Source: Candidatus Babeliales bacterium (GTDB lineage: Bacteria; Babelota; Babeliae; Babelales; Vermiphilaceae). From it: DNA of 64,000 nucleotides. Location: positions 320,001-384,000 of the forward strand of contig CAVUQO010000002.1 in the NCBI GenBank assembly GCA_963743635.1. Reading direction: 5' to 3'. The translations under genes and the position numbers were made by a program. Numbering within the stretch: the stretch's first letter is position 1; each line of letters opens with the position of its first letter. Positions 19,969 through 29,669 of this stretch are shown here, in pieces. Under the pieces are notes generated by a model, which saw only the letters and a list, made by a program, of their open reading frames with translations, ran no database searches and had not been told where the DNA came from.

Positions 19969-20217
19969 ATGGCAGTTAAGATACGTTTAGCTCGTATTGG
20001 CAAAAAGCATGTACCTTTTTTCCGTGTCGTAGCACTTGATTCACGCAAGAAGCGTGATGGAGCATTTTTACAAGACCTTGGCACCTATGATGCCCTCAAG
20101 AGCACCCTTGTGCGTTTTGATGCAGAAGGTATCAATAGTTGGATATCCAAAGGCGCAATCATCGCTGATAGCGTAAAGCGTTTACAAAAGTTGCATAAGA
20201 AACAACAAGCAGTTTAA
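19969..20217 (+). CDS. rpsP: 30S ribosomal protein S16
   Basis: MAVKIRLARIGKK..PFFRVV. Confidence 0.96.
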   Translation: MAVKIRLARIGKKHVPFFRVVALDSRKKRDGAFLQDLGTYDALKSTLVRFDAEGINSWISKGAIIADSVKRLQKLHKKQQAV

Positions 20218-20302
20218 GCAGAACGCTTATGCTGGCTATCCCGTTCAGGGATAGTCCTAAGTAGCCCTGAGCAAGGGCGAAGGGCATAGCGAAGGGTTCG
20301 TA

Positions 20303-20530
20303 ATGATAAAAGAAATACTCGAACATGTAGTGCAGTCGCTTGCGACTAAGCCCGAGCTTGTATTGGTAGAAGAAACGTGCGAAGGCACGAACTGTACCTA
20401 TGAGATCGTCGTCAATGAAGCCGATCGCGGTCGGATCATCGGAAAAGATGGTCAGACGGTACGCGCACTACGCATGCTCGCTCAAGCTGCAGCGAGTGAA
20501 GGGCAAATGATTACCGTGACCGTGCGATAG
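20303..20530 (+). CDS. khpA: KH-domain RNA-binding protein KhpA
   Basis: DRGRIIGKDGQTVRALR; position after rpsP. Confidence 0.88.
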   Translation: MIKEILEHVVQSLATKPELVLVEETCEGTNCTYEIVVNEADRGRIIGKDGQTVRALRMLAQAAASEGQMITVTVR

Positions 20531-20533
20531 TCT

Positions 20534-21832
20534 ATGAAAGTTTCCATTCTCACGGTTTTTCCTGATATATATAACTGTTTTTTGCAGACCAGTTTAGTGC
20601 GTCGCGCGCAAGAAGCGGATCTCATTACGATTGAAACCCACGGGTTTATGTCCTATGTGCCGCCCAAAGTGCGCATCGACTCTCCTACGTTTGGTCCTTC
20701 TGCAGGTATGCTTATTCGGCCAGATGTGGTTGAACAGGCGATAGATTCATGTGAAAAAACACATGGCAATGCATTTAAAATCTTCTTTTCTCCGCATGGC
20801 AAAAAATTAGACCAACCACTTCTGCAATCGTTAGCCGATCGTTTAAAGGAACAAAAGCATTTGATGCTTATTCCTGCTCGCTACGAAGGTATGGATGCAC
20901 GCGTTGAGCAGTATTATGCCGATGAGATCATTTCCGTTGGTGATTTTGTACTCATGGGCGGTGATATACCAGCGATGATGTTGCTTGAAGGGTTGATGCG
21001 TTTGATACCAGGCGTCATCGGCAAACAGGAGTCAATCGAACGAGAATCGTTCAGGGGACCGTTTGTGGATCATCCTGAGTATACGGCGCCCGTCGATTGG
21101 AAAGGTATGCTGGTGCCCGAAATTGTACGCTCTGGACATCATGCGGCAATTGAGGCCTGGCGTCGGGAACAGTCTGCTGAACGAACAGTGCTTTCTCATT
21201 TTTCTTGGTTACGCGCTGCACCAATGACGGTTGCTGAGCGTGATCTTGCTAAAAAATACATTCCCAATCACTATGCCGTATTAATGCATGCGGATGTTAT
21301 GGTGCGTGGGAGTGATCAAGTGGGTACTACTTCGGTGACGTCTATTGATATTCATGATATTGCCAGATCAGCAAAAACGTATGGATTGGAACAATTTTTT
21401 ATTGTAACGCCTTTGCGTGATCAGCAGCATATCGTAAAAACGCTCCTTGATTTCTGGCAAAAGGGTGCCGGTTTTGAGTATAACGAATCTCGGTTCGAGG
21501 CGCTCAAGCAGGTGAATTTGCTCGATTCGCTGGATCAGGTTATGGCCGCGATAGAAGAAAAAGAGGGCAAAAAGCCACTCCTGGTGGTCACTTCAGCACG
21601 AGAAATGGGTAGCATTCCGACGATATCATATGAAGATCAGGCAATTGTATGGGCACATAAGCGTCCTGTATTGCTGATATTTGGTACCGGCGGGGGATTG
21701 TCTGAGGCTCTCATAGAGCGCTGCGATTACCTGCTCAAGCCAATTAAAGGCTTTTCATCCTATAATCATCTATCGGTCCGTTCTGCAGCAGCAGTGATAT
21801 TTGACCGGTGGTTGGGATTGAATGAAAAATAA
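20534..21832 (+). CDS. trmD: tRNA (m1G37) methyltransferase TrmD fused to Tm1570-like SPOUT domain
   Basis: RYEGMDAR, SVGDFVLMGG, HPEYT; C-terminal DIHDIARSAKTYG, FGTGGGL, YNHLSVRSAAA. Confidence 0.92.
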   Translation: MKVSILTVFPDIYNCFLQTSLVRRAQEADLITIETHGFMSYVPPKVRIDSPTFGPSAGMLIRPDVVEQAIDSCEKTHGNAFKIFFSPHGKKLDQPLLQSLADRLKEQKHLMLIPARYEGMDARVEQYYADEIISVGDFVLMGGDIPAMMLLEGLMRLIPGVIGKQESIERESFRGPFVDHPEYTAPVDWKGMLVPEIVRSGHHAAIEAWRREQSAERTVLSHFSWLRAAPMTVAERDLAKKYIPNHYAVLMHADVMVRGSDQVGTTSVTSIDIHDIARSAKTYGLEQFFIVTPLRDQQHIVKTLLDFWQKGAGFEYNESRFEALKQVNLLDSLDQVMAAIEEKEGKKPLLVVTSAREMGSIPTISYEDQAIVWAHKRPVLLIFGTGGGLSEALIERCDYLLKPIKGFSSYNHLSVRSAAAVIFDRWLGLNEK

Positions 21833-21834
21833 CT

Positions 21835-21985
21835 CCTTCGAGACGGCCTGACGGCACTCCTCAGGATGAGCGGAAACGGTTCATGGTGAGCTCTGATTCT
21901 TCAACTAGCTCAGAACTAAAGGCGCTAAAAGTCATTTATCCTGAGTTTGATGAAGGGAACGACGGAAGCGAAGGGATCGAAGGAC
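21835..21985. repeat. Cluster of REP-like elements after trmD
   Basis: ccttcgagacgg...ctcaggatgagcgg, gttcatggtgag, atcctgag...gatcgaagga. Confidence 0.65.
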
Positions 21986-22193
21986 GCCGGGCAAGCAGGA
22001 TTGATCGGGAAATAGATATCATTTTCATATCTAAAAATCGATCGGTCATAGATTTTGATTGGCAAAATAAGCTTTTTTTGATATATTTTCTTATATTCGT
22101 GAAAATCAGGTGTTTTGCTAATGGATTGGATCGAATAGAATCATAAGAAAATTCAGTAATTTTCAGAGCACTTAGTATCAAAGGTTTTCAGGT

Positions 22194-22628
22194 ATGAAAG
22201 CAAAAAAATTCACCCGCGAAACAATTCGCGATCTAGGGACTTACGAACGCCCCTTTCTAAATATAGAAGTAGGCAGCACCGTAGCAGTATCTCAACGTAT
22301 TAAAGAAGGCGACAAAGAACGTATCCAGGTCTTTGAAGGTGACGTTATTGGCATCAGCAATAATGGTCCATCTAGCACGTTTACGGTTCGTAAAATCGGT
22401 GCAAACTCAATTTCAGTAGAACGTATTTTTCCATTCTATTCTCCGCTTATTGAAAACATACGTTTTGTTAAAAAGGGTAAAGTTCGTCGCGCAAAACTGT
22501 ACTATATGAGAGATCGTGTTGGTAAAGCTGCTCGCGTTGAAGAGAAAATATTGACCAAAGAGCAAAAAGCACGCGCACAAGCGTCTCATGCTTCTGCGGT
22601 TGAAGCTCACGCTCCAGAACAAGAGTAA
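22194..22628 (+). CDS. rplS: 50S ribosomal protein L19
   Basis: [19 protein letters not shown]. Confidence 0.96.
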   Translation: MKAKKFTRETIRDLGTYERPFLNIEVGSTVAVSQRIKEGDKERIQVFEGDVIGISNNGPSSTFTVRKIGANSISVERIFPFYSPLIENIRFVKKGKVRRAKLYYMRDRVGKAARVEEKILTKEQKARAQASHASAVEAHAPEQE

Positions 22629-22636
22629 TAAAAATC

Positions 22637-22670
22637 AAGGGGCGTCCAGAAATGGACGCCCCTTTTTTTT
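22637..22670 (+). terminator. Intrinsic terminator after rplS
   Basis: aaggggcgtcca-gaaa-tggacgcccc followed by T run. Confidence 0.88.
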
Positions 22671-22685
22671 GAGGGAGATTCATAG

Positions 22686-23291
22686 ATGCGTCATGCGTTA
22701 ATATCTATGCTAATGGTGATGGCGATCGCGCTCGGTTCGTGCAGCGGATCGAAGCACGTTAAGCCGAAGGCATTACACGTTCATCCTTCAGCGAGTGAGG
22801 CGCACGTTCTTGCGCAACATAAAGAAGCAAATCCCTTTGCAGACTTATCCCTTGATGATATTCGTAATAACCGAGAATTTTTTGATACTGAAATCGCCAC
22901 CGGTGATCGCGCTACTCAGAAGAATGATCGTCGACAGATGCTTTCAGATGAGCATGAAGCTCGTCTGATTGATATCGCAATTCCCTTTGGAGCTCAATTT
23001 CTTGAGCAGTATGCGGATTCAGAATCTGCGGATAATGAAAAAGTCCTTGGTTATATAACCAGAATGTCCGTCACGGAACTGGTAGGATTTTACACTGAGC
23101 AGATGGAACGATTAGGATGGAGCTGTACGAGCCACGTGCGTGGATACGAGCAGCTTCTTTTATTTGAACGGCCTGATCGGCTCTGTGCAATCGTTATGCG
23201 ATCAGCCTCCGGTGCGCACCAGGGTGATATGCCGCTGACGAAAATCGTGATATTCATATCCCATCTGTCGTCAGGCTCCCTACTACGCTAA
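22686..23291 (+). CDS. Putative lipoprotein
   Basis: Lipobox LGSC; stop codon lies within a REP-like element. Confidence 0.7.
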   Translation: MRHALISMLMVMAIALGSCSGSKHVKPKALHVHPSASEAHVLAQHKEANPFADLSLDDIRNNREFFDTEIATGDRATQKNDRRQMLSDEHEARLIDIAIPFGAQFLEQYADSESADNEKVLGYITRMSVTELVGFYTEQMERLGWSCTSHVRGYEQLLLFERPDRLCAIVMRSASGAHQGDMPLTKIVIFISHLSSGSLLR

Positions 23292-23462
23292 AGCTTCGAA
23301 GGGCAGGCAGGGCGATCGGGAATAGGATTAACAAAAAAATACCCTCCCCCCGTCTTCGCTTTTACTTCGAAGTTTTACTTCACGATGTGTTTTGCTACGT
23401 CGGGCTGCGCCGTTCGTGCCGAGTGTTGGTAATTTCCGAAGGAAATGACCAATGTGCGAGGT
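23268..23462. repeat. Cluster of REP-like/MITE-derived elements
   Basis: tcaggctc...cagggcgatcggg; cttcgc..tacttcgaagtt...gtgttttgctacgtcggg matches interior of the 17113-17280 element. Confidence 0.65.
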
Positions 23463-23485
23463 ATTGTAATAAAATAATATTTCTT

Positions 23486-23536
23486 AAAAAGCAAAAGAGC
23501 ACGTAAGAGATAATCTTGCGTGCTCTTTTGCTTTTT
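23486..23536. terminator. Bidirectional terminator
   Basis: aaaaagcaaaagagcacg...cgtgctcttttgcttttt. Confidence 0.85.
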
Positions 23537-23546
23537 AACGGGGAGT

Positions 23547-23957
23547 TTACGAGTAGAGCTCTTCGAATTCTTCGATTACAACTGGTTGGTATGCATTTCT
23601 TTGTTGAGCTGGCGTGTTTTTAGTTTCTTTTTTGTGATGGCGTGATGACTGCTTAGACTGCGCTTCTTTGTCTGACTTGTTTTTGTCAGATTTCATAGCT
23701 TTATCTTTGCGTTCTTTCATCACATCGTTTCTGCCACGTGCATACTCTTTTTTCTCTTCTTCTCTCTCATATTTACGTTGTTTTCTATTGTGTGTTTCAT
23801 CTCTTCTGCCGGCCCAGTATGCATGTTTTTCTCTCCACGTTCTGTGGACATGCGCTGGCTTTTGTTCAGCTTCCGTTTTAGGAGCGGCTTGAACTACCTG
23901 CAGTGCTAACACGTTACAGATAATGATAGCGGCAAGAAACTTATTGATTAAATTCAT
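23547..23957 (-). CDS. Secreted basic low-complexity orphan protein
   Basis: Signal peptide VQA|A; K/R/E-rich. Confidence 0.72.
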   Translation of the reverse strand: MNLINKFLAAIIICNVLALQVVQAAPKTEAEQKPAHVHRTWREKHAYWAGRRDETHNRKQRKYEREEEKKEYARGRNDVMKERKDKAMKSDKNKSDKEAQSKQSSRHHKKETKNTPAQQRNAYQPVVIEEFEELYS

Positions 23958-23989
23958 AGTGTTTCCTTTTTATTAAACTTAACTTTTAA

Positions 23990-24355
23990 CTACTCTTGAT
24001 CTTGGTTACGTTCAGAGCGTTCGCGTCTGCGTTCACGTCTGCTTTGGCGTCTGTTAGAAGATTTAGATTCAGACTTGTTGCCAGATTTGATTTTGTTGCG
24101 TTCCTGTTCTCTGCAGCGATCATATTGTCTTTGTTTATAGCCACGTACCCATTCATGTCGGGGCGCGCCGTTTCTTTCATCTTCTTTACCCATTTGGCAC
24201 GCGTTGGTACCAACATGGAAGCCTAAGCCACTGTTATCATTATCATTATCGCCGCCAATGTGAAAACCAATATCCGCGATTGTTGTTTGTTGAATGCATA
24301 CTCCACTAATAACAACTATTGCTACCAATGTTTTTGCCTTTTTTACCCAATTCAT
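23990..24355 (-). CDS. Secreted Arg-rich orphan protein
   Basis: MNWVKK signal, GFHIG/GFHVG repeat, AGGAG RBS. Confidence 0.72.
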   Translation of the reverse strand: MNWVKKAKTLVAIVVISGVCIQQTTIADIGFHIGGDNDNDNSGLGFHVGTNACQMGKEDERNGAPRHEWVRGYKQRQYDRCREQERNKIKSGNKSESKSSNRRQSRRERRRERSERNQDQE

Positions 24356-24438
24356 TTTATCTCCTTTTAAAATGGGTTAATCATTACTTTAACTATATCG
24401 AAAATAAGTGCCTAAAATCAATAGTTTTTAATTATTCA

Positions 24439-24996
24439 TTAATCTTGTTCTTGGTATTGCAGGTTCATTGGCTGTCGCGGGGCATTCCGTCTTTGGGTAG
24501 AATAAGTAGGGCGTTTTACGGGGCCTCTTGGGCGGACATTGCCGGGGCGATTAGGGCGTCGAGCCTGCATATCCTGCGTAGCATCTTCCCAGCCACTGTC
24601 GTAGGCGTCACGTTCTGATCTATGTTTGAAATGTTTTTGGTAGTGTCTGCCATACTGCGCATCATGCATACCGCGATCGTACGCTCTGCGTTCTGCTCTT
24701 TGTCTTTCTTGACGTCTGCGTCGATCATGACGTTCGCTACGACTGCCTTCAGTAGCGGCAAGACCAAAAAGAAGGCCAGCACCAGCACCAATAGCAGCGC
24801 CTCTGCCACCACCAGCTGCTCCGCCGACAAGGGCGCCCGTAGCGGTTGTACCTAAGACGGTTCCTGCCTCTCTACCTCGTCGATCTCTATCGTAATAATA
24901 ATCATCGTCATAATAGGCGCGTGCGGTTTGTGCCACAACCATGCTGCTTACAGCGAGTATTGCGAGCAATTGCTGCTTCTTAGTTATCCAATTCAT
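24439..24996 (-). CDS. Secreted glycine-zipper, Arg-rich protein
   Basis: GALVGGAAGGGRGAAIGAGAG glycine zipper; AYD.G repeats. Confidence 0.8.
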   Translation of the reverse strand: MNWITKKQQLLAILAVSSMVVAQTARAYYDDDYYYDRDRRGREAGTVLGTTATGALVGGAAGGGRGAAIGAGAGLLFGLAATEGSRSERHDRRRRQERQRAERRAYDRGMHDAQYGRHYQKHFKHRSERDAYDSGWEDATQDMQARRPNRPGNVRPRGPVKRPTYSTQRRNAPRQPMNLQYQEQD

Positions 24997-25032
24997 TATT
25001 ATCTCCTTTTTAAAATGGGTTTATCTATCTCT

Positions 25033-25419
25033 TTATCTTCCAGGAATATTGTTATTGCCATACATCGGTCCATGGTCATACAGATCTGGAACGCTGGTTC
25101 TCTTTTCGTAATATAGTTTATTGACGCGCGATCGGAATGCTGAACGAGCAATTTTGCCTTCTGCTAAGTCTTTGGCATATTCCTGTCTACCGAGTCTGTA
25201 GGCTTCTTTTTTTCGTGAAAGTCGGTAAAGTTCGTTTTCGCGGTATGGCTTATTATGCTCTTCGTCGTATCTACCTTGCTGGTATGCCTGTGAATCTCTG
25301 AGATCTTGCACGTGTCCATTGGCATTTTTGCCGTTAGCAGCACATAATAATGGCGTTACGCCCGCAATATAGAGCACCGCGATTGTGATAATTATTTTTG
25401 ATTTTTTTACCCTGTTCAT
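25033..25419 (-). CDS. Secreted orphan protein
   Basis: MNRVKK signal; AYQQG/AYRLG motif. Confidence 0.7.
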   Translation of the reverse strand: MNRVKKSKIIITIAVLYIAGVTPLLCAANGKNANGHVQDLRDSQAYQQGRYDEEHNKPYRENELYRLSRKKEAYRLGRQEYAKDLAEGKIARSAFRSRVNKLYYEKRTSVPDLYDHGPMYGNNNIPGR

Positions 25420-25668
25420 AACCGTCCCTTTTTAAATTGGTTATTATTTACTTTAACTATATTAAAATAAGGACTTAAAAATCAATGATATGGTATTAAA
25501 AATAAAAGAATTACCTGCGTTTGCAGGAATGGAGGGGTAAAAAGGAGAGGCCTGCTACCCGTAGGGACAGGAGGAGGTTAATAAAAACCCCCTGGGACAT
25601 CATGTGTACACAGGGGGTTTTTATTGTTTTTTCAGTCAAGTTTCGACGTACTGATTTTTATCCGCATC

Positions 25669-26118
25669 CTAGTTTTGATTTAGAGGTTGCGTACGCGTCG
25701 CTGGTTGTTGTGCCAAGTTGTGTGCGATTTCCATTAAGTATTTATGTAGCCATTGTGACATTTCTGTGCCTTGTTCACCATCTTCCTCTAATAATAGAGG
25801 TTTTATTGCTAGATAGCGTGTATGGAGCTTATTTAATCGAGAGTGTGCGGCATAGTATCCAAGCGCATCTATTGCTTGCCAGGTTTCAAGCACGGTATTA
25901 GGAAAGTTACTGAAATCATCAGCGCACTTTGCCTTGAACTTTATTGAATTTTCCGTCCATTCGTTCTGCGGTATAACGCAGGTTTTGCGGCAATCTTCGA
26001 AGGTCATGCTCATTACTTGTCGGCAGCTAGCGAGGTCCTCATCCCGACCAGCAGATGCATTCTGGGTCGTCAGAAGGGCAGACAAGTATATTACTGTTGA
26101 AAGTATCTGTTTTTTCAT
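25669..26118 (-). CDS. Secreted orphan, paralog of 28573-29403
   Basis: Start at MKKQIL; shared RYLAIK...MSQWL...A.NL. Confidence 0.72.
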   Translation of the reverse strand: MKKQILSTVIYLSALLTTQNASAGRDEDLASCRQVMSMTFEDCRKTCVIPQNEWTENSIKFKAKCADDFSNFPNTVLETWQAIDALGYYAAHSRLNKLHTRYLAIKPLLLEEDGEQGTEMSQWLHKYLMEIAHNLAQQPATRTQPLNQN

Positions 26119-26195
26119 TATTTTTCCTTTGTTATATAGCTGCAATATGTGTTTATTCTTTAATTATATATTACAATAAGACTTATTGCAAAGGC

Positions 26196-26618
26196 CTATT
26201 GAGGTATTATTATTGCGGTTAATGCTGTTTTGGTCTCATTAAGCTTAACATCTTGTGGCTGTTGCCTGGGATTCTTTAAAAAGTCGAGCAAATAATTTTG
26301 ATCATTTGTCTCTGCTGAGGCATTCGACGCATGCTGACGGCGTTCCCATATACTCATCTTCTCAGCTGAGTTCGATACCAATGCCTTTGCTTGCAGTGAT
26401 GCACGTGTATGACCGCTCGGTTTAAAGTTTAAGGTTGCAGGATGTGGCAGTGGTATAGTTCTTTGAGTTCTTTCCCGGTACCGCTCTTGCTTTAAGGCCA
26501 GGCAAACAAGGTGCCAGATAGTAATTTCATCCTGCGATAGGCAGCCCTGGCCCGCATGGGCGGGGAAAATGGTGGCGCATGCGAAGATTATTGTTATGCC
26601 ATACATTGATCGATGCAC
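26196..26618 (-). CDS. Secreted orphan protein
   Basis: Signal peptide AHA|G. Confidence 0.6.
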   Translation of the reverse strand: MHRSMYGITIIFACATIFPAHAGQGCLSQDEITIWHLVCLALKQERYRERTQRTIPLPHPATLNFKPSGHTRASLQAKALVSNSAEKMSIWERRQHASNASAETNDQNYLLDFLKNPRQQPQDVKLNETKTALTAIIIPQ

Positions 26619-26730
26619 TATGTTCGTACTCTTATTATGAGATTTATGATTGCTTAATATACTGCGCCAATTGATTAATTTTTACTGCCCCCAGAAGGAG
26701 CACAAGAACGTCAGCGGCGATGCGTTGAAT

Positions 26731-28311
26731 TTATTCATCATCCCCATCATCATCATAGTCGTCGGGATTTGAACTATTGTCATTATCCTCGTCATCATCA
26801 TCGTCGTCATCATCATCGTCTTCAGCATTGAGCATACTTTGCATCTTCTGGATGCCCGCTAATGCCCGCGTGGTTTTATTGGCAAGAGTTATTCGTTGCA
26901 GATCCATTATTTTTTGAATATCGGTTGATTCTTGATTCTCGGGCGGCAGTGTGGGAATAATGTCGACGCCCAGATCTTGCGCAAAGCGATTTCTCAGCCG
27001 GTCACGCAGTGCGATATGTTCGGGATCTTCTACAGTAATGCCTTTGAGATAAAGAAGGCCCATATTAAGAACGTTTTGATAATGCTGTTGCCATTGCTTA
27101 ATGCGCTTAAGGTTTTGCGCATACGGTTTTACGTGATTGGCCTCAAGATTGCTTACATTTTCACTGATTTCTTGTGCGATGGAGATCATGCAGGGGGCGT
27201 CTTGCTTGATTTCAGGTGAGTGTAATATCGAACGCTTTTCTTGCTGATATGCTCGTAAATAAGAGGGAATATCTACCAAAGAATATTGTTCGCTTTCGGT
27301 ATTTGCGAAAACGAGGACGTTGAGCATGCTGAGCTTATCTGCCTGATCGATCATAGTGCGGGCGATAGCTTGAGACTCCGTTTTTAAGAAGTGATCACGG
27401 AATCCCTCATGCGCCATGATATTCGAGCGTTTGTGTATGGCATTAGTGTCATGGGCGTGTGAATGCAGGAGCGGCAAAAAGCCGGGATTTTTGGGGGTTG
27501 ATTGTGCTGCGGGCTGTGCAGCTTCAGGATCATCGTCGTCGTCATCATTTTCATCAATATGCACTCGCTTTAGATCATTGGTTACGATATCGTCCGAATC
27601 AGACGCATCTAAAAGTGTTCTTTTGTGAGATCCAGCTGCCGGAGCAGATGCTGGTGTTGTAGGCGTTTGGTTATTTGGAGGTATGCAGGACAAGGCAGAA
27701 AACTGGAGCATCTTCGAGGCGAGGTTGATTTCCTGATGTTCTAGGCGTAATTTGGCGATGGTTCTTGTTTGAGTGGTTATAAAAAATCGCTCATCAGAGT
27801 CATATTTGTTTAATATATTGCGTAAGTCAGTGATGAGGCAATGATACGGATTAGAAGCTTCAATATACGGGATTGCGCTGTGCGCGAACCTGTTGTAATA
27901 GAGTTGTAATCGCAAGATTCTTTCGGCCATTTCAGAATAGGTATAATTTATGCGTGGACCGATGTGGAGCCTGCGGTGAGAGGTGCGTGCGATATTTGCT
28001 TCAGTTTCTTTAATGTTGTTGATTATTTTTTGTATATCTCCGGCTAAAAGGTCCAATTGAGTTACAGGTTTTTCCTCTTTGATTATTTGGCGGCACAATG
28101 TTTGTTGATCCCATGGTTCTCCAGAGAATAGATCCTTGTCTTCAAAAATCTCTATAGCCTCTTGTGCAACATTTTTTCGAATATTTTGCAGTTCCGCGGT
28201 TAATCGATCGGTAACTTCTTCGCTTGGCGCGGCGATGAGTGTAGATGCTGCAATAAGAATGTAGAGCGTGAATGCTGCGGCGATACGCATTAGTGTTTGT
28301 ATTTTGTTCAT
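26731..28311 (-). CDS. Large secreted helical protein with two acidic tracts
   Basis: Signal peptide LIA|A; poly-Asp in the middle and at the C-terminus; start at MNKIQ (track extends to 28329). Confidence 0.8.
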   Translation of the reverse strand: MNKIQTLMRIAAAFTLYILIAASTLIAAPSEEVTDRLTAELQNIRKNVAQEAIEIFEDKDLFSGEPWDQQTLCRQIIKEEKPVTQLDLLAGDIQKIINNIKETEANIARTSHRRLHIGPRINYTYSEMAERILRLQLYYNRFAHSAIPYIEASNPYHCLITDLRNILNKYDSDERFFITTQTRTIAKLRLEHQEINLASKMLQFSALSCIPPNNQTPTTPASAPAAGSHKRTLLDASDSDDIVTNDLKRVHIDENDDDDDDPEAAQPAAQSTPKNPGFLPLLHSHAHDTNAIHKRSNIMAHEGFRDHFLKTESQAIARTMIDQADKLSMLNVLVFANTESEQYSLVDIPSYLRAYQQEKRSILHSPEIKQDAPCMISIAQEISENVSNLEANHVKPYAQNLKRIKQWQQHYQNVLNMGLLYLKGITVEDPEHIALRDRLRNRFAQDLGVDIIPTLPPENQESTDIQKIMDLQRITLANKTTRALAGIQKMQSMLNAEDDDDDDDDDDEDNDNSSNPDDYDDDGDDE

Positions 28312-28572
28312 GATTTGTTGTCCCTGCAATAAGTATCTTGTATTTAAATAAACATATGCAGCATATCAAAAACGCAATGTATAGGGCAAATGATTGCTAT
28401 TGGAAAATCTGTTTTATGCGCAATTTGCCTCGTATTGAATTGATTAAAATTGCATCAAGTGGGCAATAAAAGCATAAAGTGAGTCTATAAAAAAAATCCC
28501 CTTGTAATCTACAAGGGGATTTTTTGAAATTGCTTTGATTCTGTAAACATCTTTTGAATGCGGAACTTCTAT

Positions 28573-29403
28573 TTACTTTGAATTTTTTGTAATTTCGTTT
28601 TCTACCAAGTTCTGAGCAGCTTGTTCTAGTTTTTTCGCAAGCCATTGAGACATCTGTCGTCCATCCGTAGTTTCTTCCAATTGGCTTTTTATCGCTAGAT
28701 AACGCTTGTTGAGATGAGAGCATTCTTGAATCAAGTCGCTATCAAGAAAAAATTGTGATTCGCCGAGCAATAAGTCCACCCTTTTAGGAAAATTAGTTGG
28801 CCTTGCATAAGCGGAGAGGTTTGCAGAATTTTTGCTGAATCTACTCACTTTGGTTTGCCAATCTAACATGAGCGCTTTCTCATATATGATATCGCCACAA
28901 GAAGGCTGTTTGTCTAGTTTAACATTCATTACAGCTTGGCATTCGCGAAAATCTCGTAATGCCATCCTGTTAGCGTATGCGCTAGTCATATCAGGATCGT
29001 TATAGGTTATATTGTAGTTGCAAAAATGTTTGGACGCGCCTGGGTTAAATTCATTTGAGTTAGCAATCAATGCCTTAGCGGAAGAGGTTAGGTGATTTGC
29101 AATTGTTTTTGACCTCTTGTCCCCCCCTGGAGTTGCTTCTAAGCGTTCTTTTATTGCGCCATAGTCATCAGACAACGTTTTGTATGTAGTAAGCGTGCGA
29201 CTATAGAAGTCAGCATCGCCACACCATGGGAGAGGTGCTTCAAGAGCGAGGCAGCGTGCCTCCTGCTCGAGATCAGTTACTAAATTGCTGAATTCAGCAT
29301 TATCCATAGTAGGTTTGTTATTCATAGCAGATAGACTATCTACTGCAAAAATGCTGCATAAGACAACAATTCTAAAAAAATCGTTAGCATGTCTGTTTTT
29401 CAT
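28573..29403 (-). CDS. Secreted orphan (SLSA|MN) with duplicated helical motif
   Basis: Signal peptide; paralogous C-terminus to 25669-26118. Confidence 0.78.
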   Translation of the reverse strand: MKNRHANDFFRIVVLCSIFAVDSLSAMNNKPTMDNAEFSNLVTDLEQEARCLALEAPLPWCGDADFYSRTLTTYKTLSDDYGAIKERLEATPGGDKRSKTIANHLTSSAKALIANSNEFNPGASKHFCNYNITYNDPDMTSAYANRMALRDFRECQAVMNVKLDKQPSCGDIIYEKALMLDWQTKVSRFSKNSANLSAYARPTNFPKRVDLLLGESQFFLDSDLIQECSHLNKRYLAIKSQLEETTDGRQMSQWLAKKLEQAAQNLVENEITKNSK

Positions 29404-29669
29404 CAGTTTTCCCTTAAAAAAGTTATTAATACTATTTACAGTTTATCACAAAAAGCATCAATATCAAATGCCTTTTTGATATTGAGAGTAATTTTTTAGG
29501 TATAAGTGCAGAAGAATTAATCCTGTTATTGAGAAAGAATAGCAGCGATTATGGTGACAATCAGAATGCGTCGGGGGGCTATGGGTGGCATTGCCTGGTA
29601 TCCGTATCGGATGAGGAGCATGTTATGGTGATAGTGGTGCTATGATTGTCTTATGTAATGAAAAGTACT

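Noticed and set aside
21883..22181. ORFs between trmD and rplS
   Set aside because: Largely translations of REP-like repeats and AT-rich intergenic DNA
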